Source: Eledone cirrhosa (Eukaryota). From it: DNA of 64,000 nucleotides. A program made the position numbers and the translations under genes. Location of the stretch: the NCBI GenBank assembly GCA_964016885.1, contig OZ024743.1, forward strand, positions 90,210,001 to 90,274,000, in the 5' to 3' direction. The notes beneath the pieces were generated by a model. The model did no database searches, was not told where the DNA came from, and saw only the letters and a program-made list of their open reading frames with translations. Shown in pieces: positions 53,279 through 64,000 of the stretch (position 1 is its first letter; the number at the start of each line of letters is the position of its first letter).

Positions 53279-53667
53279 TATACATATATATATGTATATA
53301 TATATATTGCCAGTAGGCATCTCTAACAAAATACACCCCGTCCCGCCACCACCCCCACCCCATCCACACCACCCCGTTCTATGTAAAGTTATGTTGGTGC
53401 CGCGCCATCCAGGCCGAAACAAATGAGATCGTGTAGGTGTCACGACAAAAAAACACACAGTCCACGCTGTAATGTGGCCGTGTAGGCAACACGGTAAAAA
53501 CCTCCCAGACCCACACTGTAAATGTGGTTGGTGTTAGGAAGGGCATCCAACTGTAGAAAACCTGCCAGACAGTCCTATGCGAGCAAGACAATCACTCTTG
53601 CCTCAAGTGGGACTACCCCCGTCCAAACCCATGCAAGCGTGGAACACGAACGTTAAACGTTGATGAT

Positions 53668-53727
<60 letters not shown>

Positions 53728-53894
53728 AGGGTTAAAATACTGGAGCGTGTTGGAGTTAAACACCCTCTTCGTATTATAGAAATGACAGTAAAAGGTATAG
53801 CTCAATGTAGTTAAACAGAGCCGAAAAATTATAAAAATTATAAAAATTATAAAAAATAAACAAAGAAGCCTTCAATACATCAAAAGTCTTTATT

Positions 53895-53937
53895 AGCTGA
53901 CAGTGTTTCGTCCCATTAATAGGGACTCATCAGAGCA
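53895..53937 (-). ncRNA. Minimal type I hammerhead ribozyme
   Basis: Minus strand: gct CUGAUGA GUCCC uauuaau GGGAC GAA AC acu GU C agc; canonical core with a GUC cleavage triplet. Confidence 0.85.
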
Positions 53938-54609
53938 AGTAAAGAGACAAGAAGTATTAACGGCTAGAACAAGCCAAAACTCAGAAGAACAGGGAATTCA
54001 TATCTATGAAAACTTAGGAAAGACATCATGGAAATATATGCTAGAGCTAAAAGTGTGCATTTGCAAATATAGACTATAGGGCAAGAGAGCGAGTAATATG
54101 TCAAACCCACGTTGAAAGTACAATATAAGACAAATACATGAAACACAACATGGTAATACAATGTGAGAATTATAATATGATATAGAATACAATATAGAAT
54201 ACTATATAATGGATAATGAATACAATATAATGGATAATAAGAAATAAAAAGCTTAATATATATATATATATATACTGTAAATGAGGTTGGTGTTAGGAAG
54301 GGCATCCAGCTGTAGAAATCAAGCCAGAATCAGTTCCCGTCCCACCCTTGCAAGCAGGGAAAAGTGGACGTAAAATGAAATGATGATGATGATGATGATA
54401 TATATATCCATATATATACACATTTGCACAGACACATACTAACACTTATTTAAATATTTAAATATAAATATACTCGTTATAATATAATAATCATTATAAT
54501 AGAATAACCACCCTGACGGTGTGCATAAACAATACCAAAAACAATGGAATAATATACTGACATTAAAAAATATATAAAACTACATCATACGTATCATTTA
54601 AGGTCAACA

Positions 54610-54732
<123 letters not shown>

Positions 54733-54741
54733 GTATATATG

Positions 54742-56102
<1,361 letters not shown>

Positions 56103-56289
56103 TATATATATATATACATATCATCATCGTCATCGTTTAACGTCCATATTCCACGCTTGCATGGGTTTGGACGGGAGTGTTCCCACTTGAGGCAAGAGTG
56201 GTTGTCTTGCTAGCATAGGACTGTTTGGCGGGTTTTCTAAGGCTGGATGCCCTTATGGTCCACCTGGTTCCTTACCACATTTCTTCCGT

Positions 56290-56929
<640 letters not shown>

Positions 56930-57143
56930 TATGTATGTATGTATACGTACATACATATATGTATACAGACGTACAGTAGTATGTATATATATACATACAA
57001 GCACACATATATACATGCACGTATCAGTTTACCGAACATTTATTATAATGCTCGGTTTGTTTGTTTGTAAACAAACAGCCCGAATTACGCCGTACAGTAT
57101 TTAGGCAACCACGTCACCTTTTTGTTCAACACTGACACAGGAA

Positions 57144-57184
57144 CGATGTACTAGTTTCAAGCTTATTAGCTATCATCAGCATCG
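57144..57184 (-). ncRNA. Minimal type I hammerhead ribozyme
   Basis: CGAUG CUGAUGA u agcu aaua agcu u GAA ACUAGU A CAUCG; palindromic ACUAGU stem III; U-U pair at the base of stem II. Confidence 0.75.
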
Positions 57185-57388
57185 TATACCTTCCTGCCAG
57201 ATGGTTGAACGTCTGAAAGTATATACTTTCCTTATGCATATTAACGGATGAGCAGCCTAATTTGCATATCGAGTGAGTTCAGTCGGCCAGGCGCACCGAA
57301 AACGATAAATGGAATAGAATGAAACGAAATTTCATTTCTCACTAAGAGTGAGAAATGAAATTTCATTTCATTCTATACATATATATAT

Positions 57389-57980
57389 CGTTTCTGAATT
57401 TGTTTAGCAAGATTCTTTATCTGAAAACGTGTGTTGAAACCGATATTGTTATACTTTTGGAGGGTCATGTTGCCAATAAGAAACACACGCACCAGTTGCT
57501 TTCACTTCAATTTATTATAAAAAATTTATAAATTTAGGAATTTATAAATTTCCGGTTGGAACAGCAACATCACAACTTACAATTAAGGACAAAATGAAAA
57601 CACACACACACACACATAGAACAAACAACCAGTAACATGTAAATAAACAAATAAATAAACAAATATAAACACACACAGACACCCGGATGTAACACATGCG
57701 CAAACTAAGCACACAACACACACAAAAACAAGATGGCGTAGGACAGAACAAAGGAGAGGCACAAAAACAAAGAAAAGAATCCCCAGTCACTGAAGAGGTC
57801 ACAGAATGTGTGACGAAAGAACTTTGACAATATATAAACAATCATCTGGTTGTGGAACCAACCAACCAACCGGAAATTTATAAATTCCTAAATTTATAAA
57901 TTTATTATAATAAATTGAAGTGAAAGCAACTGGTGCATGTGTTTCTTATTGGCAACATGACCCTCCCAAAGTATAACAAT
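57389..57980. mobile_element. Same family as 42211, with a shorter inverted end
   Basis: 57445-57559 is inverted at 57866-57980; 57389-57444 is the reverse complement of 42778-42833. Confidence 0.85.
57786..57828 (+). ncRNA. Hammerhead ribozyme-like motif, same family as 42584
   Basis: GUCA CUGAAGA g gucaca gaaug ugugac GAA AG aa CU U UGAC. Confidence 0.65.
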
Positions 57981-58131
57981 ATATATATATATGTACATAT
58001 ATATATAGATATATATATATGTACATATTTTTATTTTGGATCGATCGACTTTCGTCAAATCGGACCGAGGAAACAATGTTTTCGTCGGTCTTTCCAGTTG
58101 CTAATACTATCTATCGGTCGCAACTCCAGGT

Positions 58132-58194
<63 letters not shown>

Positions 58195-58198
<4 letters not shown>

Positions 58199-61100
58199 TA
58201 ATATAAGAACCGTAGAGCAAATATTTATTAAAATAACAGATTAAAGTTTAAGCAAAGAATCGCTGCTTTCACCCTTAACGGGATCTACTGAAACTAACAA
58301 AGTCAATCTGTAAACGCAGAACTGGATATTTCAAAAAACATTGCAACCGGAGGAAAACAGGAAGACGATACTTTGGTTCGTGGTAACGTTCGCTGGCAAA
58401 GAACGGGAAAAAACGAATAATACGTCATTAATAGGAGCGGTGAAAAACAATTACGCGCAAAGACAAAACCACGTTCATGGTATAAAAGAGGTCGTAGACT
58501 AATGTTCTCTTAGGTGGTGCATAGAGACGTTCTCTGGCAATGAACGAAAAACGAAGATAATAAGTCATATGTGGGGCGTGGAGAACAATAGCACGCAAAG
58601 ACAAAACCACGTAAATGGTATAGCAGAAATCGTAGACTAAAATTCTAACTAGGAGACCAAATGAATCTCCGCTACAGAGTTAAGAACAAAGTAAATAAAT
58701 ACAATACAGTAGTAATAGGAACAAATAAATACATACACGCAAACAGATACGTACATACACAAGCATACGCAAAACTTTACCATGGGTATACAAAACCATG
58801 CACATATAAATATGTGTGTGTGTATGCTTGTGTACAAATAAATAAATAATTATATAAACGTATATAAGTAAATAAATACGTATATAACAAGCGCACACGC
58901 ATACCTACATATAAATACACGAATGTTCGGAGACGTAAGTCAACTAAAACAAGAAGTACACATATACACACACCCACCATACGTACGAACCTGCACACTC
59001 ACGCGGGCGCAAAACTCCCGTATACACATAGCCAAACCCTAAATACCAGAATAGTGTAAAAATTATACGCTATAACAGTCAAATATACGTACGAGAAGGT
59101 ATACATACCTTCACAAAACATACGGGTAATATATACTTACCTATGCAAATAAGTAAAAGAATAAACAAAACATATACTTAGCTCCCACATCAAGACGTAA
59201 AATATCCACGTATAGATCGTGCTATCCGTTAGGGTATAACGTGGGGCTGTAATACAGGAAAGTTTTGTGCAATTTATGTTTACAAGCCGAAATTGCCTCA
59301 GATTTTTTGTTTAAGATGTGGTCTGTAGCGTAGAGTATTTCCAGGGCCTCAGCGGCGCAGAGGTCACATGGTCTTTTATTTCCGTTATACGATCTAGCCC
59401 TAGCTAGGATCTCCCAGTGTAACTTATATTGGGTGTGGTTGTCTTTTAGACTCCAGATATAAGCTGAAAGTGACGTCATATTCCTTCTTAGAGGGTAACG
59501 AAAAGAATGGGTATGGATGTAAAGACGCTGCTTGAAACTATTGGCGGTTAACCCTATGTAGGCCCTACGGGACGTGGGTGTTACAACCTTACATTTGTAG
59601 ACAATGTTACTAGAGAGGCATTTCAGGGATAGGGGGCAATCAGCCCGATTCCTACAATTACAGTTAGTACTAACTACAGGGTTGCACGTGTTCCTACGGC
59701 TAGGTAGTTTGGCTAAATTTGAAGCTGTGGTGTTATGTGCAAGGTTAGGAGTCGTAGAGTAAGAAATTTTAATAGTATTTCTATTAAAAATTTTACTATA
59801 TTTATGTGTAGGGGGAAAATGCTTCGTAATAAGGGAAATAAAGATCTTAGCTAATGGTGTGGCCACCTCCATATTATATGGTGGGTTAAACCAACAAATG
59901 CGACGGGATCTATTTCTTCTAGGTCTATTTTCGTACTCTGTATATGCTACCTTATCGACAAATCCACTTCGAGCAAGAGCTTCATTGTAATAAGTGGAAT
60001 GGTCGTTGAAAATGCGCTCGTTGGTGGAAAGACGGGAAAGCCTCAACGAAACGTTTCTTACCAGGTTCTTGGTTATGCTGGCAGGATGGTTGGAATGCTT
60101 ACTTATGTAATTAAGCGTATCATTCGGCTTTCTATACGGGTAATACAACCCATTCAATAAATTGAGGGTAACGTCGAGGTAATTAACGACCGAGAGATTG
60201 GCCTCAACCTGTATAGAGAGGTTGAAGCCTTTAAAGAAGGCTGTGAGTTCTTTTCTGAACCTGTCGCAAGCGCGAGGTCCGCACTTAGTCATGGTCAAAA
60301 GACCATCGTCACGGTACAAACCACCGCCCGCGTTGGGGAATTCGTCCTTGATAGAGAAAAGAAGGAAAAGGCCAATAAGATCAGTAACCTCCGCAGAGTC
60401 ACTGGCGCCCATACTCACGTCGAATGGGGTACTATTGGATTTTTTAATCCAAATAGAGTCGTCGAAATTAATCACCGACTTACGGGCATTGAGGATGACA
60501 TCAACTTCAAAATCCTTAACCACTGTGAGTGTTTTAGCGAAATTGATAGCTCTAAGAAGAAGTGGTAAAGTGATGGAGGAGTAGTAATTGTTGATGTCGA
60601 ATTGGATAAAACGGCAATGTTCCTTGTTACATATGCCGTTGAACCAATCAATCACCGCGAAAGAATTGTTCCACAGTGCGAGAGGGGCCAAACTTCTAAT
60701 TTCAGGTATAATTCTATCAAGAATCGTTTTACTAAGTCTACCTAAATCGGACTTCGTAGGGTTAATAAGCCGAATAGAGGGGTTGTTCGGAAAATTGGAT
60801 TTGTGATCCTTCAGGGTAAAGTGGGGAGAGATAGGGTCCAGAGGTTCGGTCCGGTCCAGGATGTTGAGATCAGATGTGATTTTAAACCCAGCATCGTTGA
60901 TTTCATTGATGACGCACCGATTAGTTTTACGGTAATACAGCATTATGTAGTAGTTGATGGTAAGTACTGCGCTCCACTTGATATAGGTTGCCAGTTTTGT
61001 CGGAATGGACGTGCACGGCGTTGGAATCCTTAATAGAACGAATTCTATTCTTCAGGTCTTGCTGGAAGGAATTGCTCCTATTCCGAATGAGTTCCAAGAC

Positions 61101-61480
61101 ATCATTTTCGAAGGGTAGCAATGCTGGGTTCCACAGAGGGTTATTATAGGTTTTTAATCCAAATTTATCCTGTTTGTTGTCTGCTTTTCGCGGATTATCG
61201 AAATAAAAGGCACGCCAACGCAACCTTTTAATGAACGCGTCTGTTTTCTGTATCAGGAGTTTTAGGTATGTTTTCCTGCTTGGTACGGGTATGTTCTTTG
61301 TAGAAATATTCAGATGTTGTTTCTGCATGATGAATATAAGTCAGTAGAGTGCTCAACCGAAGGAGCCAAATAGTAATAATAATAAAATTGAAGACTAAAA
61401 TCCAAAGAGGGCTCGATAAGGAAAATATATATCAAATATATAAGACCCGTAGAGCAAATATTTATTAAAATAACAGATTA
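58195..61480 (-). mobile_element. Penelope-like element, Naiad-type, near full length (copy A)
   Basis: RT + GIY-YIG ORF; the terminal sequence at about 58195-58243 recurs at about 61434-61480 as a direct pseudo-LTR; the 3' end abuts a (TA)n tract. Confidence 0.92.
59222..61328 (-). pseudogene. PLE polyprotein (RT + CxCx5C linker + GIY-YIG endonuclease), one frameshift near 60935
   Basis: STKNIP..KRLRWRAFYF N-terminus; FIQFDINNYY, MGASDSAE and LYRDDGL RT motifs; CNCRNRADCPL linker; NIVY..AYIG..FKQR endonuclease; CDLC. Confidence 0.92.
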
Positions 61481-63327
61481 NNNNNNNNNNNNNNNNNNNN
61501 NNNNNNNNNNNNNNNNNNNNNNNNNNNNNNNNNNNNNNNNNNNNNNNNNNNNNNNNNNNNNNNNNNNNNNNNNNNNNNNNNNNNNNNNNNNNNNNNNNNN
61601 NNNNNNNNNNNNNNNNNNNNNNNNNNNNNNNNNNNNNNNNNNNNNNNNNNNNNNNNNNNNNNNNNNNNNNNNNNNNNNNNCTCCGCTACGGAGTTAAGAA
61701 CAAAGTAAATAAATACAATACAGAAGTAATAGAAATAAATAAATACATACACGCAAACAAATACGTACATACACAAGCATACGCAAAAACTTACCATAGT
61801 TAAACAAAACCACGCACATATAAATATGTGTGTGTGTGTGTAAGCGTGTATACAAATAAATAAATAATTATATAAACGTATATAAATAAATAAATAAATA
61901 CGTATATAACAAGCGCACACACATACCTACATGTAAATACACGAATGTTCGGAGACGTAAGTCAACCAAAACATGAAGTACACATATACACACGCCCTAC
62001 ATACGTACGTACCTGCATACTCACACAGACGCAAAACTCACGTATACACATAGCCGAACCAGAATATATAAAAAAATTATACGCCATAACAATCAAATAT
62101 ACGTACAAGAAGGTATACGTACCTTCACAAAACATACGGATAATATATACTTACCTATGCAAATAAGTAAAGGTATAAACAAAACATATACTTAGCTCCC
62201 ACATCGAGACGTAAAATATCCACGTATAGATCGTACTATCCGTTAGGGTATAACGTGGGGCTGTAATACAGGAAAGTTTTGTGCAATTTATGTTTACAAG
62301 CCGAAATTGCCTCAGATTTTTTGTTTAAGATGTGGTCTGTGGCGTAGAGTATTTCCAGGGCCTCAGCGGCGCAGAGGTCACATGGTCTTTTATTTCCGTT
62401 ATACGATCTAGCCCTAGCTAGGATCTCCCAGTGTAACTTATATTGGGTGTGGTTGTCTTTTAGACTCCAGATATAAGCTGAAAGTGACGTCATATTCCTT
62501 CTTAGAGGGTAACGAAAAGAATGGGTATGCATGTAAAGACGCTGCTTGAATCTATTGGCGGTTAACCCTATGTGGGCCCTACGGGACGTGGGTGTTACAA
62601 CCTTACATTTGTAGACAATGTTACTAGAGAGGCATTTCCCGGATAGGGGGGCAATCAACCCGATTCCTACAATTACAGTTAGTACTAACTACAGGGTTGC
62701 ACGTGTTCCTACGGCTAGGTAGTTTAGCTAAATTTGAAGCTGTGATGTTATGTGCAAGGTTAGGAGTCGTAGAGTAAAAAATTGTAATAGTATTTCTATT
62801 AAAAATTGTACTATATTTATGTGTAGGGGGAAAATGCTTCGTAATAAGGGAAAGAAAGATCTTAGCTAATGGTGTGGCCACCTCCATATTATATGGTGGG
62901 TATACCAACAAATGCGACGGGATCTATTACTTCTAGGTCTATTTTCGTACTCTGTATATGCTACCTTATCGACAAATCCACTTCGAGCAAGAGCTTCATT
63001 GTAATAAGTGGAATGGTCGTTGAAAATACGCTCGTTGGTGGAAAGACGGGAAAGCCTCAACGAAACGTTTCTTACCAGGTTCTTGGTTATGCTGGCAGGA
63101 TGGTTGGAATGCTTACTTATGTAATTAAGCGTATCATTCGGCTTTCTATACGGGTAATACAACCCATTCAATAAGTTGAGGGTAACGTCGAGGTAATTAA
63201 CGACCGAGAGATTGGCCTCAACCTGTATAGAGAGGTTGAAGCCTTTAAAGAAGGCTGTGAGTTCTTTTCTGAACCTGTCGCAAGCACGAGGTCCGCACTT
63301 AGTCATGGTCAAAAGACCATCGTCACG
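61434..63327 (-). mobile_element. Second, 5'-truncated tandem copy of the same PLE (copy B), frameshifted
   Basis: 62236-63327 is nearly identical to 59222-60314; the 3'UTR 61681-62235 matches 58667-59221; homology ends at the YRDD codons. Confidence 0.92.
61481..61680. other. Assembly gap (200 N)
   Basis: Run of n. Confidence 1.
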
Positions 63328-63389
63328 GGGTTGTTATTTCACTGAGGAACTGGAATCATGATTCCAGTTCCTCAGTGAAATAACAACCC
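63328..63389. repeat. Perfect 62-bp palindrome at the PLE truncation point
   Basis: gggttgttatttcactgaggaactggaatca|tgattccagttcctcagtgaaataacaaccc. Confidence 0.95.
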
Positions 63390-63472
63390 AACCAGGAACT
63401 TGGCATATCAGAGTATTGACAATATTATACACCTCAACAACATATGTACTTGTCTATACCATACTAATTCAA

Positions 63473-63527
63473 ACTGCCTGAAGAGGTCACAGCCAAAGAT
63501 GGCTGTCACTGAAATATATATAGCAGT
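63473..63527 (+). ncRNA. Minimal type I hammerhead ribozyme; an inverted copy lies at about 63951-64000
   Basis: ACUGC CUGAAGA ggucacagcca aaga uggcugucacu GAA AUAUAUAU A GCAGU; 5-bp stem I and palindromic stem III. Confidence 0.85.
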
Positions 63528-63577
63528 AATAAACGAAGCTGAATTTTAATTATATATATAATATATATATAATATAT

Positions 63578-63699
<122 letters not shown>

Positions 63700-63717
63700 A
63701 TATATATATATATATAT

Positions 63718-63803
<86 letters not shown>

Positions 63804-64000
63804 TTTGAGTTTATGTTGGTTGTATACCAACACTTCAGTATGCAGGCTGGAGCACTCGACGAAGTGCGCAGGTTGGTTTGGTTACTCCGGAGTAGTGTAA
63901 AATAAAGTTAAATAAAAAGTCAAATGATTAAAATTCAGCTTCGTTTATTACTACTATATATATTTCAGTGACAGCCATCTTTGGCTGTGACCTCTTCAGG

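Noticed and set aside
58037-58130. Possible hammerhead on the minus strand (GAAAGTCGATC)
   Set aside because: No CUGANGA core upstream; at most a fragment

Overview
AT-rich, repeat-saturated animal genomic DNA. An octopus or other coleoid cephalopod is inferred from the SINE types and the extreme (TA)n/(CA)n load. The only supportable host gene is the 5' part of an anoctamin (TMEM16) gene on the minus strand: five phase-consistent exons between 17166 and 2360, plus a candidate 21-nt micro-exon. The rest is intronic or upstream DNA filled with tRNA-derived SINEs, RTE, CR1, R4/Dong and CRE retrotransposon fragments, a deleted mariner, hAT- and piggyBac-like MITEs and compound satellites. A tandem Naiad-type Penelope-like element (RT + GIY-YIG) lies at 58.2-63.3 kb. 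The most notable signal is a set of at least six sequence-unrelated small non-coding elements, mostly next to (TA)n tracts and often folded back on themselves. Each carries a minimal type I hammerhead ribozyme, most with a palindromic stem III. The Naiad terminal repeat carries a hammerhead-shaped fold with a non-canonical core. All calls were made by eye and nothing was searched or computed. Most long ORFs in the track are microsatellite artefacts.
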